Assembly: GCF_964204865.1 (NCBI RefSeq)
Contig: NC_135258.1
Coordinates: 20,832,001-20,896,000 of the forward strand
Length of the DNA: 64,000 nt
DNA from: Styela clava
Taxonomy: Eukaryota
Direction of reading: 5' to 3'
Shown here: in pieces, positions 14,761 to 26,500 of the stretch
Numbering within the stretch: position 1 is the first letter of the stretch
Layout: each line of letters starts with the position of its first letter
The notes under the pieces: generated by a model
What the model saw: only the letters and a program-made list of their open reading frames with translations
Told to the model about the DNA's origin: nothing
Databases searched by the model: none
Position numbers and translations under genes: made by a program

Positions 14761-17466
14761 AATGCATTTATACAAATGGATCACTCAGTTCGCAGCGATT
14801 GTTGCCACCCAGGATATAACAGTTATTCGAAGCAATAGGACAGATTTGTACATGAAGATAATTTTTTTCACTCGAATGGGTTCTGTTAATTTTAACCATT
14901 AGGAGCTAGTACAACGCAATATCTTTTTTACAGAATTTACAGTAATCTGAATTCATGTGGCGCGTCGAGCCATCTTCATTTAGTGGTAATAACATGAAGT
15001 CGAATAGAATTCATCTTATGTGATCGACAAAATACATGCAGCCAACCTCACTGTGTGGAAAGATATGACGCTTCCTTGTGATGACTAGTATTCTTGTTAC
15101 ATCTCAAATTTGCACGCTACTGGGACTTTTAGTGAATTCGACTGTATTTTTAGGCCCTAGTGCATCGAAAGTTAATATTCCAGATTTTTCAACGATTTTG
15201 TCAAACTGAAAACAACAGCAGTGGTCGTAGTTTGCGGAGAATTTGTGAGAGTTTTGATCCGAATGTAAGATCAATCGTGCCGTGTGTTCAATTTGTGAGT
15301 CAGATTCTTGCAAAGCTACCGTAATAGATGGTTGGGATATTTTCCATATTCAGTATGGTAAATTTTTATTTTATGAAAAAAAATTAACGGACATAATTTT
15401 TTAGACTTGAGTGATGTGCATGCTCGTAGCTCTGTTCAGACCTAAGCCAGGAGTGTAAATTTAAACTTGTTTTGTATGGTGTAAATAGTGTTGAATATAG
15501 TGTTTTTTTATTGAAAATACTTTGTGCCCCATTTTTTTCTGGCATATAAAGAAAATTCCCATACATAAAAATTAAATAATGCTATCAGGTAGGGTTGTTT
15601 CTTTCTTTTTACTTACAGGTAAATCTCATTGACAATAGAACCAATGGCCTATTTCTTGGTGGCAAAAATGATAAACTCCTTTACAATTTGTGGCTTACGC
15701 TGTCTAGTCAACTGGCAAAATTATATGTGATATCATGCAGATATATTGAGGTTGTGACTGATTAATGGTTTGTAAAACTTCGAAAATTTTCATTTGTGCA
15801 ATGTCGTTTTTCATATTTACTGGCTCAAGAGCCTTTTTCTTCTAGTCGCTTGATTTTTCAGAGTCGGAAGACACCATGCAGATTGTTCCTTGTTTCTTTG
15901 TAAATACTCCACAGCCTGACATTTCTTTTCTCTTGGTGGATTGTTCTGTGTATTGATTCTCTACTTCATTCTTCCCAGTCTCTTTTCCCTGCATACCGAT
16001 TTCTGTCTATGTATGCAGGGGTTTCTCCTGTAAAGAGAAACCCATCACAAAGGCTGCCACCTTGACGTGGTGTGATGGCTTTATACCAAGAACAGCCGAC
16101 AGAAATGTTACCATGTTTACCATCTGGAAAAACCTTTTGGCAATTTTTAATGGAGAAATATGTCATGACAGTTTTTTTTTTACGAATAATTTGTACGGGG
16201 TTTGGGGTGAATTTTAAAGAAAATGCACAATTTTGATTGCATTAATCATAATAAAGGCACCAGTAGAGCTAATTTTTTATCTGTCAATCAATAAGACTGC
16301 AGCATGAGCAGAAGAAAATGCTCTCTGCAACATCATAATAAAACAGAAACAAGCAGGTAGCCTCTGTTCGTGTTATGGGGCGAAATGTGAATTCCTCTTG
16401 GTTTCAGCCTACTGAGCAATTGTATGGAAGTGCCAAATCCTGCATGAACAACTACCGACATATTTCTATTTTTCCGACTAATACATCCATCAATATATCT
16501 TGGAGTTTTGTGAACTTTTAAATGGGATGGTCATGGACAGTTAGTGATATGCATTGACCCAAATTTGGGCATCCTCGAGTTGTTTTAGGCTCTGACTTAA
16601 TCAAAAAAACAAATTTGATACGTTGGAGTGGTAAATCGATTTGGTATCGTATAAGTACTCATTTTTGGCATCATTAGCAGCAATCTACTGGTGACAATTT
16701 TTTATGCAACCAAAGTAACATTTTTTTTCAAGAAGATGTAATTCATTTTATAGCAACATACAGTGTCATCTTCCTATAGTTTACTTATCATGATTGTATA
16801 AATTTTTCAATATTCAATGTCAGATTTTGTAATGCAAGTAACAAAACCATGGAAATCAAAAAGGTATATATTAACCATGAAGAATAGTGGTTATGGATAT
16901 TTAGTATATGTTTCTAAGTGGTTGATTTAAATGCTGCCAGTCTGCCATACCCATTCGAAAAGATAGTGAATATTGGAATTTTGATAGATACAGCAGCGGC
17001 TAATGAAAATTAACGAAACAATTTGGCAAATTTTAACGGAAATGGGTTGAAACAGGCAAAATTAACCAAAAAATAATAGTACCGTAATTATAAAGTTATT
17101 CAATATATCATATCAAGGACGCCCAAATTGCGACTGTTATGGAGCTGTCAGCCATTTTGTATTTAGGTAATCACAAAAATAGAACATGTGGAAGTCTAAC
17201 ATGACCTCAGAATGTCTGGATAATTGCAAGAGATTTGGAATAGCGATCCTCTTTTCATACTCACATAAGCACCTGAGAACCATTTGAGAGCAAATTTTTT
17301 CTGGAGAGACTGAAAAAATCTACTTTTGGAGCGCCCTGAATTGAGTCATAGATGGAACGGTACTGGAAGTGTTTGTGCTAGGGATCGCAACATCTAAATT
17401 TTTTTCCTTCAACATCCCCAGACCCCAGCCATGACTGAATCACAAATAGGTTGTCATATGGATTTT

Positions 17467-17472
17467 TTTATT
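17467..17472 (-). terminator. Candidate polyadenylation signal AATAAA of NEK4
   Basis: AATAAA on the minus strand ~55 nt downstream of the NEK4 TAA. Confidence 0.4.
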
Positions 17473-17527
17473 GCTAGCTTACACGATATACAGTGACTGC
17501 ATATGATATATGAAAAATTTATGATAA

Positions 17528-20500
17528 TTAAAAGGCTGTGATAGTTCCACAATGTTCGAACATAGATTCTTCACAATATTTGAGTTGCCAAATCTTCCCA
17601 GCCCACTGTTCAAACCTCACACGACCCAGCAGTGCAATCAGCTCTTCCTAAACGAATATGAAAAAGATTTTGTCAAGGAACAGAGAGCTAATTAGGATTC
17701 CAGAAATATGTGTCTGGTAAATGATGAACAAACACTACACTGCATTTTCATAAAGTCAGGCAGTCATAAAATGGTACAACCATTTCAAGTAAAAATAAGT
17801 AAAACGAGTATAATGATGTCAAAAATCATCAAAAGTCCTATTCACACAACTATGCATATTGCATATGAAACTATGTACCTGTAAGGCGTCATCGTTCTCA
17901 TTAGCATCTAAGACTTCATAAGCACGATGGAGGAGTGGAACGCCCAAACCTTGTATGCAATCTTTCCGAAGAGATACAATGCGATCCATAAGCCTTTGTG
18001 TTGAACGCAAGGTAACTAGAAACGAATAATAAACATGCTTATGACATGCGTGAACTATAGACAAAGACTAACTTAGAATGTGGATTATGAAATGCAGACC
18101 ACAAAAAATGTGAAGTAGTCTGCTTCAGACAGCTGCTAGTGTTAAGTGATACATCTGAGTGATCGGAAAGTGGTTTTGGTCAGCACTGAACAAGTGCATG
18201 GTTGTGAGGGATTGTATTGGACACAAATCCTCAAGGTGTAGCCTATATCTCGCGCTCCAGAAGTATGTGTACCAATATAGAAGGGACTAATTTTGTTCGC
18301 CTACATCAAGTTGTGTAAAGAGACTGAAACTTATGGGCAGGAGTTACCTATTATTCACTTGGCTAACACAGACAGTCCCCACCCAACTCGTAATAGAACT
18401 AGAATAATGAAAATAGCTAACCAGAACCTGGTACACACACAAAAGGAGTACTGTATATCCCATATGTGAAATATGAAACTTTGCTTTTTTTCTAGAGACC
18501 CAGTTGCATGCAATTTTACTTAAGATTAGCGAACGACCAACCCCAAGTCCCCAGTAAAAAATGTCTGAAAGTTCAATCATCTATGCTTCCCTGCTGCATA
18601 GGTATAAAGAAGAAAAATTGTCTTCGGTCGCTTACCTCCAGATATTCCTTGTTTAGCATCACTGCGTAATTTGTTTGGTGCTAAACCAGGTACATTTATT
18701 GGTGTTGCTGCTGGTGTATTCCTCGAGTATGGATTAGACTGAAAAGAATTGTTGTTGAATATTAATACTCAGCAATCGGGAAGGCCTGAGAATGAATGAC
18801 CCACTCACATGACACGAGGTTGATGTATATGAGATTGAAAACTATGAGTCGTATATAAGTAGTGTAACTTGATTACACATTCAATAAATCAGCGAAAACA
18901 TGACAACACAAATACCATACCTGATTTGTTACTGTTGAAGATGATGAACTCTCTGATAACTCAGGAACCGGTGACAATTCACCTCCTTGTTCTTCAGTAT
19001 TATTAGACTCTCTCTCACTTCCCAGATGAAGTGTGGTGTGTAGTAATGTCATAAATTCTTCAATTTCTGGTTGTTGCTGTTGTTCTATATTTCCTAATGC
19101 CTGATTTGTATCATTTTCATGAGACCTAAATAAGGATGTACAATTTCTGTCAAAATATATTATCTGCACATAATCGAGTCCAATTATATATGACCGAAAC
19201 ATCTTCCTAACCAACAAACCCCCAGTAAGACTATCTAATACACTAGGTGAGCTTATAGGGATGGAACATACCTTGAAACAACAGATGCTTGGTCACCGGA
19301 AGCTCCATCAGTGACATCAGCGAATACTTCATTATTCAGTTTCTGTACAAACAACAAAACGTTTAATGAGTATCATGACATAATATCGTGTCAAAGCAGT
19401 ATTATCAATTCCCACATTTGTGAGGTGAAATAATAATACTGGTGAAAATAAAGGTTTCATATTCAAGTTCTGTGTTCAAATAATTGAATTTCGGTTCTCG
19501 TATATTCTAAATGGACCCTCTACAACAGGGGTTCCCAAACAGCGGCCCACGGGCCAAATCCAGCCCGCATAACAATTTAAAATGGCCCGTCAAGCTTAAG
19601 TGAAATAGTGTTCAACAGACTTTGTTTCTACTTTTTTGTGATCTAAAGACACTGCTAATTGTTATGTCATTTTTGCAGTTTAAGACGGCACACCCGTCTC
19701 TCAATTATACGTATTAGGTATTAGGATAATATAGGGCAGTAATTCAGATATCAACCATATAAGAAAGCTTGAGATGTCGAATAACAAACATAAACTACAC
19801 TCTGGAAACAGATTTTTATTTAAATCTTAAATAAGGAAATGGCAGCGTTCGTATTTTTGTATTGGAAAGACTCAAACTTCAGCGATTTGTCTGTCTTCTT
19901 TGTCAGCAAACCATCCCGATTCTGAAGGAATACGTCATAAAGCACCATTTATGAGTTAACAAACATGTTTAAAAAAAATGTTGTGATCAAATCATCGCGC
20001 ACTAAGCTCTTCCGGCCCGCGAACACCCTTCCGATTCTAATTTTGGCCCGTGGCCAATAAAGTTTGGGAACCCCTGCTCTACAATATAAACAATTGAAAT
20101 TACCTTTAGAATACACAATTTTCAAATTGTTCTTAACTAAAGGTTTTGCACCTAAGTGAAGACAGTATAACACTTTGTGCCAGAAGAAGTAAGTAGGAAA
20201 GTGCATATCAACAGTGCTTACACAATCACTATCAAATTTTAGACTATAAATTGAAGAGAATAGTTAACTCACCTTCTCTCTTGATTTTTCTTTCGTTCTG
20301 ATAGCCTTAGATGGTTTTGCTGTAATTACAACTTGAATTAAAATTCAGTTTGAAACAGCGGATTTGAGTGCTACAACCCGTACTCATTGAAATTTCACCA
20401 ATGACAATGAAAATACCAATATTCTCGTAACTTTATGCCAACTAGAATCAATTGATTCTAGTTGGAATAAAGTTACGAGAATATTGGTAATTTCTGGAAT

Positions 20501-23500
20501 CTGTACTCATCATATCATATATATTTATCATACAAGTTTGTTAACTCGAAAGTGCTGATTTTCTTCTTCATCAAGGGAATTATATACTTGGATGGATCAT
20601 TACTTATATCGCAAACATATTTATATTTTCTGCATTACAGAAGATGACTTGTGACAAATAACTGTCTTCAATCTTTTAATGTAGATGTGAGAAAAAGCAT
20701 ATAAAACTAAATCAGTATATGTTCGCGAATAGGCCGAGTTTATTAAAACTCAATAAAAAAGTTGCAAAACTAAGCGACCGTCTTATCCGCGCATAACTCA
20801 GATTGCACCAAAAAATCAGCTCATTCGTGCATCAGAATTTGATCACGCAACAAGATGATATTATGCTGACTTGCCGCTAATTCCAAAAGCTTCAAACCAT
20901 ACCAAGTTCTCACGATAAAAAGCGTGCACGCACACACAGTCGCTTGTGAAGGTGGATTGTCTCATCATACAGCTGATGACTTGTACATTCTGTGATTGGT
21001 TGTTTAACACGTGACGCTTGTACAGTCTGTGATTGGATTGTTTTCGCTCGCTTGTGCAGGTGTGATTGTCTCATCATAGGCAATTAACGATGCGCGACTT
21101 TTAATCACCTTTACGATATGTTATCTGTTAAGGGGCGGTGATAAGGTCTTATCGAAATTAACCGCGTTGTGGACGATCAAAGGAAATTGTTTTATGCTGA
21201 TTCAAGAACTCTATTTTAAACTTCAGACACAATCACGACGCACTGAAAAGCAATATAGACTTTATTTAACATGAATTAACAAGTAAGAGTTACGTGTAAT
21301 AATCCACCTACGGCCATCGCTAACATGCTGAAACGATAAACGTGAGAAATGTTTGCATTACAGTAATTTTGTTCTCTTTCTACGTGTTTCTTAAGGCGTC
21401 CCGCGTGTAACAATTGGAAGGACCGACCGGCTTATTCGCGAATTTTTATGTAATCGCCGTTTTAAGGGAGTCGGCCTTTTCGCAATATAGGCGTAATTTC
21501 GAGTAAATAGGGTAAATTACTTACCATCTCTTTTACTTGAATCTGGCTGTATAATTCCGGAATTTCTACTTCTTCTTATTTCTTCAACAATCGGAGGTGT
21601 TTTTGATTTCTCTTTCCTTTGTCTTTCTCGTCTTCGTTGTCTCGCTGAACTAATCTACAGTAAAATATCAACTTATGTTTTTACAGTTCTAGAAGTTGAA
21701 ACAGTCGAAAGAAGCAGTAGCACACATACCCTAGGAGTACCATCATCATTAGTTGCAGAAGAAACAACAGAGGAAGCTACACTCTCTCCAGATGCATGTA
21801 ATATATTTCTGTCACTAAAAACAAAACGCAAATTATACTCATTATCGGAAATTTAATATTATTTGATGTTTTCCATGTTACTAAAAATTCTTATTGAAAA
21901 TAATATTATTGTAATACTTCCCAAACTAAGCTATTTTGTCTGTTTGTAACAAAGCAAACCGTTGTCAAAGCATTTAGCCACATGATCAATGATCTGGCAT
22001 GCACATCCTTGTAAATTTTAAGTTAAACCAAACAGGCAAAGTAGTATTGAATAAATACCAGTAACAATGCAAGATAGGCATTCAAATCAATTTAATATAA
22101 TTTATAAAATGCCACATGATCAATGATCTGGCATGCACATCCTTGTAAATTTTAAGTTAAACCAAACAGGCAAAGTAGTATTGAATAAATACCAGTAACA
22201 ATGCAAGATAGGCATTCAAATCAATTTAATATAATTTATAAAATGCCACATGATCAATGATCTGGCATGCACATCCTTGTAAATTTTAAGTTAAACCAAA
22301 CAGGCAAAGTAGTATTGAATAATTACCAGTAACAATGCAAGATAGGCATTTAAATCAATTTAATATAATTTATTTTCCAGGAATAGCTTTGTAAAAGGCT
22401 TATTCTGAATTTAGTAGTTAGTACCGAAATATCACTTCAAGTTACCTTTTTGGTAAATGGTTGTCTGGCTTGTATTCGAATGATGGTGTGATTACAGGAC
22501 TAGGCAAAGGTCTTCTATTTCTCTGTAACAAACAATCTTATCAGACCAATTAATCCTTTATTCTATAATCTGTACCAGGGGTGGCCAACCTGCTTTCGTC
22601 CGCGATCGACTAAAATCTTCAAAATAGTTCGCGATCGACTGATTGGTAATAAGGTCATATACAAAAACGAATGGGTACTGAATATGCATAACTGCAAACA
22701 CGCATACAAAAAATACAGCACTGCAAATAAGCTCAGCTCTGTGGGCACATTCTCAATTAAAAAGCCACAAAAATTTGTATGTTTTCTGTTCCATTTAATT
22801 TGGTAATTTGATTATGTGATAGTAGCCGGAGTAAATGTTTCATCATCCATTTATCCAAATCATACAATTCAGACCTAACACCTGCCTATTTTTAGCCCAG
22901 AGTGTTGTAAATTTCGTAAAGGTATAATAACGTACTATATAAATAGAGAAAAATAAATTTTCGAAAACCATTAATGTAACACTACTGCTCGAATTTCAGC
23001 ATCCAATTTACAATAATTCAACTCACTGCACATTTGTCAGTTAAAACACACAATATTCGGCGTTCAATTTAAACTTGGTAGCGGCGAAACATGCATTTTT
23101 TACGTAATAACATGTAAATCAGGCTTGTCCAGACTCAAATACTGTATGTCTATTTTTGCACATGTACAGTACAGGGAGTCCTCGACTTACGACGTTGGTC
23201 CGTTCTTGAGACGTGTGTAACCTGAATTTCAGTATAAGTCGAAACAACCAAAATGGCGTTCACTATCACTGAAACTGTGTACTATGTGACTGAAGCTTAG
23301 TCATTATTCTTCATTAATCGTAATAGTTCGCAATTGTTCACGTCATTTACGATGTAATTACGAAAACCAATGAGCCCAAAGCACTGATTTTCTTGATCAC
23401 AATGATCCAGTGTAAGGGCTAGATATTACAGTACAGTATTATCGTTTATATTTTTATAGAGTGCGATTGAACCTCGAAACAGTGTTATGGAGTGCGCGTT

Positions 23501-26500
23501 CGTAACCTTGAAACAGCGTAAGTCACGATCGTCGCAACCCGAGGACCCCCTGTACTGTTATTGTCCTGTTTTTAAACACACAACAGGTGCTGCATGAAAC
23601 TGCTCCAGGAAATTTTGGGGGTATGTTGTTAAATTTACCAACAATAGACGCGATCGACCACTCGGAGCGTGAAGATCGACGAGTTGGCCACCCCTGATCT
23701 ATACCAATTAAAAAGAAAACATGCCATTATTGTTTATGTGATGTAGAAATGTCCGAATACTTCACAGCACTGCACCTAGTGATATGTGACAGGTCATTTA
23801 CTCATAGCTAAGAAAATAATTCAACCACTTGATTCAGATTAACTTTTGATGAACGATAGATAACTAATGTGAAGCATATTATGTACCTTTGAGGCATTGG
23901 ATGCTGAAGAGGAAGTACGTGAGGAAGATGAACAAGATGACGATGCTGAATTTGCACGAGGAGATTTACTCTGGAAGAATATTAAAAAAAATTGAAAGTG
24001 TTTGACAAAGCAATCACATTAAACAAGAAATATTACTACGTAAGTACAAACTATATGATATAATGGAATAATGATCAAATTTAACCAACTACTATTCAGC
24101 AATTATACCTATATCACGATTAAATGCAATCTTCACTTGAATTCAAGCGAATTTGATCATTTTGGAATGCATGAGAAATCAAATTAGAAGTCATTGTTTG
24201 AAGCAATGTGTATGAACCACATGTCACATACTGACTGGCTGGCTGTATTTTCATTAGGTATCGCTTTACGATTTAAGAAAGATACAGATAATGGTGCTCC
24301 TGAAGTATGCATACCAAGATGGCAGACACCAGAACGTAGTATGTGTACCAGGTTAGGGTTAGGCCATAATTTTATTCCAATTTTCCTAATTTCAGTTCTA
24401 TTAGGAGTTCGGGGACTAGCCAAGTGACTCTCGTAGTATTTGTACCTGGAATTATGGCCTAATCTTAACCTGGTACACATACTATGTCCCGGTGTCCGCC
24501 ATCTTGGTATGCATACTTCAGGAGTATCCAGATAATGGACTTGTGCAATCTTGGTAGATAAAACGTTCAATAATAATTATTTGGTTCGAAACAGTATCAA
24601 GTTGTTATTATAATAAAAGTGGGTACCTTTTCAGAATTGGCAGAACTTGGCTTTGGTGATGAATGCTGATTACGAATTTCAACTTTTTCATATTGGTGAG
24701 GTTCAGCGAAGTTAACATAAATCCCTGAATCATTATGCACTGCACCAGGACGAGAATTGTTTGAGTTTGTATTGATAGCATGTGAAATATTACTTGGTAA
24801 TGGTGGTGAAACAATTTGAGGTTTTGGAGATGATGATACAACTTTTGGTTTTGTAATTGAGGTATAATCGGTCTTTATGTCTTTTGGCTCTTGTTTAGGA
24901 TTATCAATTGGATATAATGGAGAGAGTGGATCCCTTATTTCCTTCATTATCTGAGGTGAACTTTGCTTCGGTGATGATCTGTTTGAGTCTTTTTGTGAAT
25001 CTGACACCACTGATACCGGTTTGATTGAATTTGGAGAACGAGCTCTGCCGACTCTTGAAGCTTTATTTGGTTCTGAAGCAATAGCAGAAGGTGGGTGAGG
25101 GGAAGGTGATAAACAACTACCCTGACTGTTTGTTGACGCTTTCCGTGCTGATGCTGGTCGTGATCCTGCTCCACTTGATGCAACAGAACTTTTTCGAGAT
25201 GATCTTTCTGATGCGGGTCTCCTGAATACAAAACAATTGTGAAATTCACTAAAATTTGTCTGCAAAATAACTTATGTATATACGTACATGCCAAGAACAC
25301 TTGAATCCACTAAAGAAACAATCGAATAATATTACAAAATAACGGCGCTCCAGAAGTGTGTGCACCGATATGGAGGTAACTGATTTTGTTCGCCTACTTT
25401 ACGTCAAGTTGCATAACGGGATTGAAACCTATGTGCAGGGGGTATATTCACTTGGTTAACACAGACAGTCCCCGAACTCATAGTAGAACTAAAATATAGG
25501 GAAATCGTAATAAAATTATGGCACAACCCCAACCTGGTACACACACTAGGGGAGTACCCAAATCACTAAGTCGTAACAGATATAGGAATGCATGAATGAG
25601 GCTGGTGAAGAAAAAAGGTGCCCAATTCTGAAGATTTTCTCAAAGAGTAATCAGCATCACAATGACAAGCAATACGGCCCAACCATCAAGTAGTATTAAG
25701 TGCATGACAAAAATTCACCTCTACCAACATTTCTATTTATTACTACCTTTTACGACTACTACTCTCTTGCAGGAATAGTTTGATGTGCTCTTTGATAAAC
25801 GGATTACGAAGTATTCTATTAACACTTGGTCTTTTGTCAGGATTTTGATTTAACATATCTTTGATCAGGTTACAGAGTGCCGAAGAATATTCATCTGGCA
25901 TAGGTGGCATCTGACAAAAAATCAAGAATGACAATTTTCATTATCTATATAGTCAATTGACTATAACAAAGCACATAGCTACTGAAAAGTTGTCTATGTT
26001 TTAAAAATTGAAATGCCGCATGCACATACAAAAATGCTAATAATCGCAAGAAGCTGCAACATATCAAAGAATGGCCTTTTTTACAAACAAGTTACTGCCT
26101 GGCTCATAGTGACTTTATTGTTGTTTGTTATATGCCGAAACATGTCTCACAAACATATATTAGCCCAAAGTAGAAAGTAGTGACGCAATATAGAAATGAT
26201 TTCCAACATTGGTAAAAATACATTTAGCTCAATAGTTACCAAAATATGTACAATTACAAAAAAACAGTAAACTTACCTTTCCTTTTAATATTTTATACAT
26301 TAAAGAATTGATGTCTTTAGCATTGAAAGCATGTTTTAGTGTCACCATCTCATACATACAACATCCGAGAGCCCAAACATCTGATTTGTGGTTGTACGGT
26401 CGATTGGAAAATAATTCAGGACTCATATAATAGGGTGTGCCTATGAGTGTAGTAGCCATATCATTTGCACTTTCTAGGACCCTAGCAATTCCTAAATCTC

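Larger units (their letters stand above)
1..16350 (-). pseudogene. Degenerate tandem array of immunoglobulin-superfamily-like domains (relic of a large, apparently intronless multi-Ig gene); truncated by the left window edge
   Basis: No ORF >~110 aa, but minus-strand translation across frameshifts gives Ig strand motifs in the correct order. B strand: QLTLKC (~14600-14630), GTLNC (~13515-13530). C strand: IEWF (~5120, ~6710), VDWF, RWFG. E/F strands: YTVKNV..DVYxCVVEN (~14440-14490, ~11570-11620), GSL..N..VAAN, TNEYG, YKCISTL. Junctions: IVKVSPANIT, IYSPVSN..HPNP, FSYPAN..IEVIENSEKS.LC, IPKPSL. Junction motifs recur every ~170-460 nt. Stops and frameshifts occur in all frames. Confidence 0.6.

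Noticed and set aside
1-15000. Short plus-strand ORFs in the array (e.g. VILAGETLRI; IGRLSGLT..HEDPHKYETRM) as real genes or Dscam-like alternative exons
   Set aside because: They end in stops within 60-110 codons in every copy and have no consistent donor sites; the ordered Ig motifs are on the minus strand.
1-15000. CRISPR-like or simple satellite interpretation of the repeats
   Set aside because: Eukaryotic context; the sequence between motifs is homologous among copies rather than unique spacers, and unit lengths vary.
24184-24570. 128-aa ORF and antisense 77-aa ORF
   Set aside because: They span a palindromic MITE inside a NEK4 intron.
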